Positions 1 to 8,125 of a stretch of 64,000 bases of DNA are shown here, piece by piece. Below the pieces are notes generated by a model, which saw nothing but the letters and a program-made list of their open reading frames with translations, had not been told where the DNA came from and did no database searches. Location: positions 27,400-91,399 of the forward strand of contig JAADGF010000068.1 in assembly GCA_013152545.1 (NCBI GenBank), written 5' to 3'. A program made the translations under genes and the position numbers. The stretch comes from Gammaproteobacteria bacterium. Lineage in GTDB: Bacteria; Pseudomonadota; Gammaproteobacteria; SZUA-152. Position 1 is the stretch's first letter. The number at the start of each line of letters is the position of its first letter.

Positions 1-620
1 ACACTAAGGATGCATTAAGCCAACTGGGCCTATCGCCTTGCAGCAGCATTGAAGAAGCCACCAGCACTATAAAAACCAGCCATTTTGCCTATCTCGATAT
101 TGAGTACTTGTGCCCAACATTACACCGCATTATTGAATTACGGCCATTATTAGGGTTACGCTCCCCAGTACATACCATTGCACGTATGATCAACCCTTTT
201 AATGCCCCCTATTTAATACAAGGCATATTTCACCCCGGCTATCAACCCACTCATCAACAAACAGCACTGCGCCTGAAACAACCGCACATGGCGGTGGTAA
301 AAGGTGATGGAGGTGAAATAGAACGTAACCCTGACCTGGACTGCCTGGTACAGAGTGTACATGATGGCGTCATGTCTGACGAAACCTGGCCCGCCATGTT
401 TAAACAACGCCATGTCAAAGATGCAGAAATGAAGACTGAGCGCCTAGGCCAATTATGGCGTGGTAAAATTGACGACGAATACGCAAATGCAGCCATTATC
501 GGCACTCTGGCCATTGCATTAAAATTAATGGGCAAAGCAAACTCCATTGACGCCGCTGAAAAACTGGCGACCGACATGTGGTATGCGCGCGCCAAAGACA
601 AATACGGCAAAGCGGCGTAA
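1..620 (+). CDS. YbiB/TrpD2-like glycosyl transferase family 3 protein (5'-truncated by window edge)
   Basis: Frame is open from position 3 to TAA at 618-620. Motifs LRPLLGLRSPVHTIARMINP, GIFHPGY and KGDGGEIERNP match the anthranilate-phosphoribosyltransferase-like YbiB family. Confidence 0.75.
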   Translation, partial: TKDALSQLGLSPCSSIEEATSTIKTSHFAYLDIEYLCPTLHRIIELRPLLGLRSPVHTIARMINPFNAPYLIQGIFHPGYQPTHQQTALRLKQPHMAVVKGDGGEIERNPDLDCLVQSVHDGVMSDETWPAMFKQRHVKDAEMKTERLGQLWRGKIDDEYANAAIIGTLAIALKLMGKANSIDAAEKLATDMWYARAKDKYGKAA

Positions 621-761
621 CACCCGCCTGCTGACGCCATGTCGCGCATACGCCAGGAAACGTATCAACACTATCCTTTTACGCCTAAAATTAATACGAC
701 TTAATGGATACCACTTGAAGGAACATCACATCACGATCTTGATATTAGAGTATCAAATATT

Positions 762-2228
762 ATGTCTCACGTTCTTATTTCAGCTGCACATAAATCTTCA
801 GGCAAAACCACCATTAGCATTGGCCTGTGTGCGGCGCTAACAACATCCGGGCTCAATATCCAGCCCTTCAAAAAAGGCCCTGACTACATTGACCCCATGT
901 GGCTGGCAAAGGCCGCTGGCCATGCCTGTCATAATCTCGATTTCAACACCATGGAACGTGAAGAGATCCACAGCACCTTTTATCACTATAGCCAAGGTGC
1001 TGACATTAGCATTATCGAAGGTAATAAAGGACTTTACGACGGCCTCGACCTACATGGCACTAACAGCAATGCAGCACTTGCCAGTTTACTGTGTGCACCG
1101 GTCATTCTCGTGATTGATGCCCGGGGTATGACGCGTGGCATTGCACCGTTAATCCTTGGATATCAGGCATTTTCGCCAACAATCAACATTGCTGGCGTTA
1201 TATTAAATCAACTGGGTGGCAGCCGCCACGAATCAAAGCTGCGCAGCGTAATTGGTCACTATACAGATGTTCCAGTGATCGGCGCAGTCCACCATAATAC
1301 CGAGCTGAAAATACTGGAACGCCATCTGGGCTTGATACCAAGTAATGAAATGGATGAAACATTACAACGCATTACTATTGCAGGGCAATACATTAAACAA
1401 CAAGTTGAAATGGACAAGGTAATTGAAATCGCCCATCAAGCCAAAACCCACGAACGGAATATGGTGCTGACATCAGCCCTTCTTCAAAAAAATCATTACT
1501 CGAGTGATGGCTCTAACCGCCAATACAACGACAAAACTAACAATGGTTTCAAACGTAGCCGCTGCCGTATCGGCATCGCACGCGACGCCGCATTTGGTTT
1601 TTATTATCCTGGAGACCTTGAAGCCTTTCAGCAGGCTGGCGCAACATTGGTTTATTTTGATACGCTAAACGACAATCGCTTACCCAACGTAGATGGTCTG
1701 TTTCTTGGCGGTGGTTTCCCAGAAACAAAAATGCAGGCGTTGACAAAAAATCGTAAATTACGCCACGCTATTTCGTCGGCCATCGAAGCTGGTTTGCCTG
1801 TTTATGCCGAATGCGGCGGACTTATGTACCTCACACGCAGCATTCAGTGGAATGGCGAAACATGTGAAATGGTGGGAGTAATACCTGCAGATACTATTTT
1901 ACATAAAAAACCAGTTGGCCGGGGATACGTACGTTTACAGGAAACCAGCGACCACCCGTGGCCCAGCGACCCAGCAGCCGAATTTGCAGCCCATGAGTTT
2001 CACTATTCGAGCCTTGAAAATGTGGCAGAAAATTTAAATTTTGCTTATAGGGTACTCCGCGGCGAAGGCATTAACGGTACACAGGACGGTATTGTCTATA
2101 AAAACCTGCTTGGCTGCTATGCACACTTAAGAGACGTGCACCATAACCATTGGGTGCAGCGTTTCGTGGATTTTGTACTAAGCTGTAAAGACTCACAAAA
2201 AATTAGCATTGCCAATATTAATTGTTAA
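762..2228 (+). CDS. dsrN: Cobyrinate a,c-diamide synthase family protein, likely siroheme amidase DsrN
   Basis: P-loop SSGKTT, FKKGPDYIDP, IIEGNKGLYDG, ERHLGL, and glutamine amidotransferase motifs YAECGGLMYL and HEFHYS. Adjacent to a DsrR-like gene. Confidence 0.85.
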   Translation: MSHVLISAAHKSSGKTTISIGLCAALTTSGLNIQPFKKGPDYIDPMWLAKAAGHACHNLDFNTMEREEIHSTFYHYSQGADISIIEGNKGLYDGLDLHGTNSNAALASLLCAPVILVIDARGMTRGIAPLILGYQAFSPTINIAGVILNQLGGSRHESKLRSVIGHYTDVPVIGAVHHNTELKILERHLGLIPSNEMDETLQRITIAGQYIKQQVEMDKVIEIAHQAKTHERNMVLTSALLQKNHYSSDGSNRQYNDKTNNGFKRSRCRIGIARDAAFGFYYPGDLEAFQQAGATLVYFDTLNDNRLPNVDGLFLGGGFPETKMQALTKNRKLRHAISSAIEAGLPVYAECGGLMYLTRSIQWNGETCEMVGVIPADTILHKKPVGRGYVRLQETSDHPWPSDPAAEFAAHEFHYSSLENVAENLNFAYRVLRGEGINGTQDGIVYKNLLGCYAHLRDVHHNHWVQRFVDFVLSCKDSQKISIANINC

Positions 2229-2240
2229 TTCAGTGTTTAA

Positions 2241-2288
2241 TTGACACTAACATTTCTCAGTGGCTACATTTAAATGTGACGACACATT
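2241..2288 (+). promoter_or_regulatory. Putative sigma70 promoter and palindromic operator upstream of dsrR
   Basis: TTGACA (2241-2246), 18 bp spacer, TACATT (2265-2270). Palindrome AATGTG-acga-CACATT at 2273-2288. Confidence 0.45.
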
Positions 2289-2344
2289 AAGGCAATACAT
2301 TTATAGTTTAACGGTATGAGCTCAATTATCTAAAAGGCAAAATC

Positions 2345-2659
2345 ATGATCACCCTTTCCCCTGAAGCGGTAAAACAAATCAATTACTCTGCCAAGCAATC
2401 CAACAGTGAAAACATGTGTTTACGCATCGCTGCAAAAGTCAGCCCAGATGAGTCAATCGATTACGGCATGGGTTTCGATGATGCAAAAGACGATGACATA
2501 CACGTAACCTCCCATGGCGTGGAGATCGTGATAGCCCCCAGCAATGCAGAGTTACTCAATGGCATGCAGGTGGACTATGTTGAATTGGAACCCGATCACT
2601 TTCATTTTATTTTTAAAAACCCCAATGACCCCAAGTACAAACCACCAAAAGAACAGTAA
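2345..2659 (+). CDS. dsrR: IscA/HesB-like protein lacking the C-terminal CxC, DsrR type
   Basis: ITLSPEA...LRIAAK...YGMGFD...FIFKNPND fold motifs, with no CGC Fe-S ligands. Follows dsrN as in dsrNR. Confidence 0.75.
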   Translation: MITLSPEAVKQINYSAKQSNSENMCLRIAAKVSPDESIDYGMGFDDAKDDDIHVTSHGVEIVIAPSNAELLNGMQVDYVELEPDHFHFIFKNPNDPKYKPPKEQ

Positions 2660-2871
2660 TCCAACTGCCACCCCAACCCGGTACAGCGACGAAAAAGTTA
2701 TCGGCTTAGCAATAGTAAGTACATAAAAAATAAGAATAAATCGCCCTGCTTAGCATCCTCAACCTCTGTTCCACGCTTGCCAGTTCATTTCATCCTTAAC
2801 AATTTCCAGCATTTAAAAAACCAAAAAAAATAGAGGCTCCTGAAACCAAAAATAACCATCAATAATCATAC

Positions 2872-2925
2872 TATACCCATAGCGTTTGAGATTTAGGCAT
2901 ATTACTCTAGAATTAACCCAAATCT
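2872..2925. mobile_element. ERIC-like MITE family A, internally deleted copy
   Basis: TATACCCATAGCGTTTGAGATTTAGGCATA terminus followed by a partial opposite terminus, AATTAACCCAAATCT. Confidence 0.6.
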
Positions 2926-3028
2926 GTTAAAATATAACCGTCTTTCATCATACCCATCAAAAAAATGCAACCAATTGTTTTATATTTTTGCTTGATGATA
3001 CATACATTTTGGTGATATATACTGCATT

Positions 3029-4639
3029 ATGCGCTTACTTCCACTAATCTCGGATTGGCACCGAAAACGTACAGGCTTGATCAGCGGCGATTTATTATTT
3101 CCATTGATCGGAATTGCTGCGGTATTCATGGCATTAGTCAGCGGTAGCCTTTTATTAATGGCACATCCTGGGCAATCATTCGTTATCATCGGCCTCGAAT
3201 TTCTGTTATTGGCCTTTGGTTTTTGTATGATTTACATCAGTCAGCGGCGCATTAAGCAAAATCTACTGGAACCGCTCTCGCAACTTCGTCACTGGGCACA
3301 TCGAATGCAGGGCGGTAACTTGTCAGCCCGCATTCCTGTACCTCAACAAGGCGAATTTGCCAAGCTCGCCAAGGATATAAATGATCTGGGAGAATCACTA
3401 CGGTCACTAAGCCGAGAAATGGACGATAACGTCAAGCGGCAAACCGAACGCCTGGAACAAAAAACCCGTACACTGGAAATTTTGTATGATGTCGCAGCCA
3501 ACAGCAACAACACCCACGACATCGAAGAATTATTAATTCGATGCCTCCATACACTGAATAATATTTTGCCTGTCAAAGCCGCCACAGCCAGGATATTAAC
3601 CAAGGATAATCAGTTTCGTCTGGTCAGTTCCATCGGACTAACAGACATCATCAATGAGCACGAACGCATTGTCCCGGTTGAACGTTGTCTCTGCGCTCAG
3701 AATTTCCAGCAAAGCGTGATTCGTTGCCAGATTAATCGCCCACTTTGTGGCAATTTACTCTCGAAATCACTACAACTGGCGCCAGAAACCCACATCATTG
3801 TACTACCGTTACACTATCAGCACCGCACGCTGGGTATTTATCATTTGTTTCTCCCCAATAAAACCATCGAAAACGAAACAAACAACCTGTTAACCAATAT
3901 CGCGCAACATTTAAGTCTGGCCATTGAAAAAAATCGACTGGATGATGAGTCAAAGCGTATAACCATTATGCAAGAACGTACTATGCTGGCTCACGAACTA
4001 CACGACTCACTGGCGCAAACCTTAGCAAGTCTTCGCTTCCAGATAAGTCTCTTGGAAAAATCCATAGCCAACAATGTGACTGACGCTGCACAAAAAGAAG
4101 CTGCTCAATTGAAAGCCGGCCTGGATGAGGCCAATAATGAGTTACGAGAACTGCTAGCACACTTCAGAGTTCATATGGATGCACGCGGCCTAATTCCCGC
4201 GACTGAAGCACTCATCAAACGCTTTAAAAATGAAAGTGGTATTAGTGTCTTCTTCCAAAATCAATGCCAAGATCTGAACCTGCCCCCAATACAGGAAGTA
4301 CAAGTATTGCACATCATTCAAGAATCACTGACGAATGCCCGCAAGCACAGCAACGCACAACAGGTGAGAATATTAATTCGCCAAAACAACAATACTTGTT
4401 ACCATGTACTGGTGGAAGATGACGGCGTTGGTATTAGCCATAAAACCATCGACGGTCAACCCGGCGAACACGTTGGATTAAGCATAATGAAAGAACGCGC
4501 TAGACGAATAAATGGTATATTAAGTATCGAATCCGACCCCGGAGAGGGGACTCGGATCGAACTGGACTTTTGCATTGACGACGATAAAACACCCCTTGAT
4601 AACAGTAGTAAACCATTGGCTTTGGCGACGAAAATATAA
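3029..4639 (+). CDS. NarX/NarQ-like sensor histidine kinase (2 TM, HAMP, Cys-rich GAF, HisKA_3, HATPase)
   Basis: H-box LAHELHDSLAQ, N-box QESLTNARKH, G-boxes EDDGVG and GEHVGLSIMKER, HAMP segment EPLSQL...EFAKLA. Confidence 0.9.
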   Translation: MRLLPLISDWHRKRTGLISGDLLFPLIGIAAVFMALVSGSLLLMAHPGQSFVIIGLEFLLLAFGFCMIYISQRRIKQNLLEPLSQLRHWAHRMQGGNLSARIPVPQQGEFAKLAKDINDLGESLRSLSREMDDNVKRQTERLEQKTRTLEILYDVAANSNNTHDIEELLIRCLHTLNNILPVKAATARILTKDNQFRLVSSIGLTDIINEHERIVPVERCLCAQNFQQSVIRCQINRPLCGNLLSKSLQLAPETHIIVLPLHYQHRTLGIYHLFLPNKTIENETNNLLTNIAQHLSLAIEKNRLDDESKRITIMQERTMLAHELHDSLAQTLASLRFQISLLEKSIANNVTDAAQKEAAQLKAGLDEANNELRELLAHFRVHMDARGLIPATEALIKRFKNESGISVFFQNQCQDLNLPPIQEVQVLHIIQESLTNARKHSNAQQVRILIRQNNNTCYHVLVEDDGVGISHKTIDGQPGEHVGLSIMKERARRINGILSIESDPGEGTRIELDFCIDDDKTPLDNSSKPLALATKI

Positions 4640-4670
4640 ACTAAATATATAAAAGGTGTAGTTGACACAC

Positions 4671-5330
4671 ATGATAAATGTACTTTTAATCGATGACCAC
4701 ACCCTTTTCCGCCTGGGACTTCAAGGTCTGCTGGAACGCAGCAACATCAATGTCATTGCTACTGCGAGCACCGGCCAGGAAGGCTTGCAACGAGCAAATG
4801 AACACGCACCGCAAGTTATTTTACTGGACATGCGTATGCCAGACATGGATGGCCTAACGGTTTTAAGACAATTACGCGAACAGGGTATCACTGTTCCTAT
4901 TACGATGCTAACCACCAGTACGGATGAAAATGACTTAGTGGAATCATTAAGGGGGGGTGCCCAAGGTTATTTATTAAAAGACATGGACCCCGAAGAACTG
5001 GTCGCCGCGTTACACAAAATCGTAAAAGGCGAAACAGTTGTAGCCCCCCAACTCGCAGGAACACTGGCCCGGGCACTGCAAGAAAAACCCGCACCACAAC
5101 CCCCGTCGACACCACTATCAGTATTGACACCTCGAGAAACAGAAATCATTCAGCACTTAGCCGAAGGCCAAAGCAATAAGGCAATTGCACGTGACCTGGG
5201 CATTTCCGACGGCACAGTAAAACTTCACGTTAAAGCCGTATTACGTAAATTAAACTTACGCTCACGCGTGGAAGCGGCGGTAATTGCCGTTGAACAAGGC
5301 ATGGGAAAAAACAACATCAACAGAAATTAA
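4671..5330 (+). CDS. NarL/FixJ-family response regulator (REC + LuxR HTH)
   Basis: LIDDH, LLDMRMP, GYLLKD, and HTH LTPRETEI...SNKAIA...TVKLHV. ATG at 4671 preferred over TTG at 4662. Confidence 0.92.
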   Translation: MINVLLIDDHTLFRLGLQGLLERSNINVIATASTGQEGLQRANEHAPQVILLDMRMPDMDGLTVLRQLREQGITVPITMLTTSTDENDLVESLRGGAQGYLLKDMDPEELVAALHKIVKGETVVAPQLAGTLARALQEKPAPQPPSTPLSVLTPRETEIIQHLAEGQSNKAIARDLGISDGTVKLHVKAVLRKLNLRSRVEAAVIAVEQGMGKNNINRN

Positions 5331-5437
5331 CAATTAACCCGTTTTCTGTGTTGGCATTTTGGTAGTGAGTATTGCGTTTACCGATCTCACGCTTGCCGTT
5401 ATCAATATGCCTTTCATAAAGCCCCCTGTCATCAGTA

Positions 5438-5526
5438 TATACCCAAAGCGTTTGAGATTTAGGTGTTAAGTGTGTGTCATATTCATTTCATAGCACCAAA
5501 GGTAGGCGCTTTTAGGCGAGGCAAAA
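5438..5526 (+). mobile_element. ERIC-like MITE family A, right-truncated
   Basis: Begins TATACCCAAAGCGTTTGAGATTTAGGTG and is collinear with the copies at 46578 and 51866. Confidence 0.75.
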
Positions 5527-5550
5527 GTTTCTCTCCAGCCCTTACCCGAT
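5527..5550 (+). mobile_element. 3' tip (domain VI half) of a group IIC-attC intron
   Basis: ...CTCCAGCCCTTACCCGAT is followed directly by TAGGC. This fits insertion at GT|TAGGC, the bottom strand of an attC R'' box (GCCTAAC) overlapping the stop codon of 5951..5550. Confidence 0.6.
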
Positions 5551-5951
5551 TAGGCATTTTCTTGGCTTCCAAAGTAAATTAATCCACTCATTAGAAAGCA
5601 GAATATCCACTGACCAAGGACTAGTACTTGCTTGTTGTTAGTTCTTGAAAAAGCAACTGTGCCAAGCCATACAACGCCACATAAGAAAAAATAAATACTT
5701 AGTAACAATGAAATTTCTGTTTTTGCCTTTATCATTTCAGTGGTCGCTAACAATAGAAGCAAAACCCCTGCGAGAAATAAATCGACACTCACCCAATGCC
5801 AACCACTTCTTACTTGCACCCATGTTTCCTTATTTTTGTTTGGAGAATTTTCGACTGGTTTTAGAGCTTTGTATTCCTTATCACCTACAAATGCGTGGGC
5901 GAAAAAAGCAACTAATGACAAAACTCCTGCGATGAGAATAGAAATATTCAT
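5550..5951 (-). CDS. Small 4-TM hypothetical membrane protein, integron-cassette-like
   Basis: 133 aa hydrophobic ORF with AAGGA RBS, AT-rich. The stop codon lies inside GCCTAA, which is attC R''-like. Confidence 0.75.
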   Translation of the reverse strand: MNISILIAGVLSLVAFFAHAFVGDKEYKALKPVENSPNKNKETWVQVRSGWHWVSVDLFLAGVLLLLLATTEMIKAKTEISLLLSIYFFLCGVVWLGTVAFSRTNNKQVLVLGQWIFCFLMSGLIYFGSQENA

Positions 5952-6002
5952 ATTTTTCCTTTTGTTAATTTCATTGCATAATAATTAAATAACCATTTTC
6001 GT

Positions 6003-6395
6003 TCATCCTAGCCACACCAAGATAGCAACACAGAGCAACCCCGCCCAACCAGGGTGCTTTCCTTTGGTAGCAATTAGCACCATCAGAGAAGCGATAAACA
6101 TTGAAAACAGTATTGCATTTTCTACAAATACTTCAACGGTGGTTTGGGGAGAAGGAAGGGAAAGCCACAACAAAATCGAACCAAAACCCCACCCGAAAAC
6201 AGTTACAATATGCCAGCTCGCCCACAGAATTCTCACATGTCGTTCTTTGAGAATAGTACCCCCATCTATCGGGATAAAAGTGTCCTTACGCATATGGCGA
6301 AAAATAAGTGTTTCACCTAAGGCAGAGTGAATAATTCCCACGACGATTGCCAGACAACCAGCTATAGCAAAATATGTATTCATAAATTCCCTCAT
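6003..6395 (-). CDS. Small 4-TM hypothetical membrane protein, integron-cassette-like
   Basis: 130 aa hydrophobic ORF (IHSALGE...WHIVT...HPGW) starting about 40 bp after an attC-like site. The start may be at 6383. Confidence 0.75.
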   Translation of the reverse strand: MREFMNTYFAIAGCLAIVVGIIHSALGETLIFRHMRKDTFIPIDGGTILKERHVRILWASWHIVTVFGWGFGSILLWLSLPSPQTTVEVFVENAILFSMFIASLMVLIATKGKHPGWAGLLCVAILVWLG

Positions 6396-6432
6396 GGATA
6401 TTCGATGCTAAATATATTTCTACCTCATGCCA

Positions 6433-6498
6433 ACATAACCGCGTGAGGTGCGAGCGTCCGGGGAACCTCCCCCGATTTCGCACACATAGCAGTTATAC
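6433..6498. other. attC-like recombination site (66 bp imperfect palindrome)
   Basis: Minus strand reads GTATAAC-tgcta-TGTGTGCG...CGCACCT-cacgcg-GTTATGT, with an inner CGGGG/CCCCG stem. The AAC/GTT cores are complementary. Confidence 0.55.
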
Positions 6499-6509
6499 CA
6501 CATGACCAA

Positions 6510-6578
6510 TCAGATCACCCCTACTTCAAACTCATCTGGCGTCATATACCTCAGTGATGAATGCAACCTTCTTTGAAT
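6510..6578 (-). pseudogene. IS3-family transposase OrfB C-terminal remnant
   Basis: Translates IQRRLHSSLRYMTPDEFEVGVI*, matching the RxHSSLGYxTPxEFE tail of IS3-family DDE transposases. Confidence 0.7.
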
Positions 6579-6579
6579 A

Positions 6580-6787
6580 TATACCCATAACGACTGAGGT
6601 TTAGGTATACCTGCACGCCCTATTGATTTCATCACGTTTGTTAAACTGCCTTGCAATAGAGCGACTATTACGCGTCGTTTTGCCTTTCTTAAAAAACCTA
6701 CTTTCGCCTAAAAACGCCTGCTTTTGGTGGTGCTATGCAATGAATATGACTCACATTTACACCTAAATTTCAAACGCTATGGGTATA
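6580..6787 (-). mobile_element. ERIC-like MITE family A, full-length (208 bp)
   Basis: TIRs TATACCCATAACG... and ...CGCTATGGGTATA with TA ends. Central palindrome AATAGAGCGACTATT. Confidence 0.85.
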
Positions 6788-6848
6788 AAAAAGCTGACAT
6801 ATTCACTAACGCACCGATATGTAGTTCAAAGCGACAGCAAGTACGACT

Positions 6849-6928
6849 GAGGAACCGGATGCGGGAAAACTGCACGTCCGGGACTGCGCGGGGGCGGGGT
6901 TCCTGGAGACAGGGGCTCCTACCGCAAC
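6849..6928 (+). mobile_element. Group II intron 3' end (domains V-VI), truncated
   Basis: GAGGAACCGGATGCGGGAAAACTGCACGTCCGGGACTG is a domain V hairpin. It is followed by a domain VI-like stem GCGG...GGTTCCTG-gaga-CAGGGGCTCCTACCGC with a bulged A, ending in AAC. Confidence 0.7.
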
Positions 6929-6964
6929 AGCTATATATTAAGTCCTCAGTTTTTATCAAAAAAC

Positions 6965-7001
6965 TTGCAAATCTCTAGAGGTAATACTACAGCAGTATTA
7001 C
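6965..7001 (+). promoter_or_regulatory. vapBC promoter with palindromic autorepression operator
   Basis: TTGCAA (6965-6970), 17 bp spacer, TACAGC. Palindrome GTAATACT-acagc-AGTATTAC (6981-7001) overlaps the -10. Confidence 0.6.
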
Positions 7002-7022
7002 TATTTGTGTGGAGGTGTAAAA

Positions 7023-7244
7023 ATGCGAGTTACAATAAAAGGCCAAGTTACGATTCCCAAAGATATAAGAGAGGCTCTAGGAATATCTCCCGAAGCAGAA
7101 ATTGATTTTATTGAAGATGATGGCCGGTTTTATATAGTAAAAACTGATGAATCTAAAATAACAGGAAAATTTCGTAAATTCAGAGGAATAGCTTCAAGCA
7201 AAATGTCTACTGATGAAATTATGAGCCTTACAAGGAAATCATAA
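7023..7244 (+). CDS. vapB: AbrB/MazE-family antitoxin
   Basis: MRVTIKGQVTIPKDIREALG swapped-hairpin motif, GGAGG RBS, and TAATG overlap with the toxin gene. Confidence 0.85.
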   Translation: MRVTIKGQVTIPKDIREALGISPEAEIDFIEDDGRFYIVKTDESKITGKFRKFRGIASSKMSTDEIMSLTRKS

Positions 7245-7657
7245 TGAACGGTATATTGGTTGATTCCTGCGTATTACTAGATTTATTCACCGATGATGAG
7301 AAGTGGGCTGACTGGTCAGAACATACTCTTGAAAAATTTAGCCAAATTAACTCACTGTATATCAATTCAATCGTATATACAGAGGTGTCTATAGGGTTCA
7401 ATAAGATTGAAGAAGTTGAAAATGCTATTGAGGCATTGGGTATTAAGGTATTAGAAATGCCAAGGGAAGCTTTGTTTTTAACTGGTAAAGCTTACATCAA
7501 ATACAGAAAAAATAAAGGCACCAAAATATCACCGTTACCTAATTTTTTTATTGGTGCTCATGCATCGGTAGCACAGTTTGGGTTAATGACTAGAGATCTA
7601 GCGAAATGCAAAACCTATTTTCCACAAGTGCAGTTAATTCACCCACATGAAAATTAA
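7244..7657 (+). CDS. vapC: PIN-domain toxin
   Basis: ILVDSCVLLD, YTEVS, PLPNFFIGAHA and MTRD PIN motifs. Translationally coupled to the antitoxin. Confidence 0.85.
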   Translation: MNGILVDSCVLLDLFTDDEKWADWSEHTLEKFSQINSLYINSIVYTEVSIGFNKIEEVENAIEALGIKVLEMPREALFLTGKAYIKYRKNKGTKISPLPNFFIGAHASVAQFGLMTRDLAKCKTYFPQVQLIHPHEN

Positions 7658-7869
7658 GCAGCTACCATCCCCCCCCCTGCCACAGGGGGAGTGAAACCGA
7701 ATCTCATCAACCGCTCAACTTTTGGCAGTCCGGCTTGTGCCAAAACACGATCGACGATGGAATAATGAAGATTAAGTCGGTTCACGATAGTGCCTACTTT
7801 CCAGTGCGCCACAAAATGATAACGTAGGGCCCTTCATCGTTTCTCCTGCTGTTGCTTTCGACCGATAAC

Positions 7870-8051
7870 GATATGTGCTATGTTTTTTTAGGAAACCTAC
7901 TCGAAACAAGTCGCCACAGTGACGACCACAAAAATGACAGGCGTTGCATGGTCTCGCAACTTCGCTCCAGAATTGTAAAAAAAACCCGTAGTCACTTTGT
8001 CAGGTGAAGTTGAATTCAATGAAGTGTACCCGATTGCGGGCCACTAAAGGT
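7870..8051 (+). pseudogene. IS1595-family transposase remnant (frameshifted)
   Basis: Fragments MVSQLRSRIVKK / KPVVTLSGEVEFNEVYPIAGH-(fs)-KG resemble the LSGEVExDEVY..GHKG region of IS1595-type transposases. Confidence 0.55.
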
Positions 8052-8125
8052 CTCCCTGCTGCGGTCAGGGGAACCTGGTCAACCTTTTTGGCTCATACTG
8101 CCTCGAAAGCCGTGAGCAGTCGCCG

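Noticed and set aside
2345-2659. DsrR-like protein as a truncated or selenocysteine-containing IscA
   Set aside because: It ends at TAA with no in-frame TGA. Loss of the Cys motif is a known DsrR trait.
6440-6486. GTGTG on the minus strand as a group II intron 5' end
   Set aside because: No domain I structure follows. The sequence is better explained as one arm of the attC-like palindrome.
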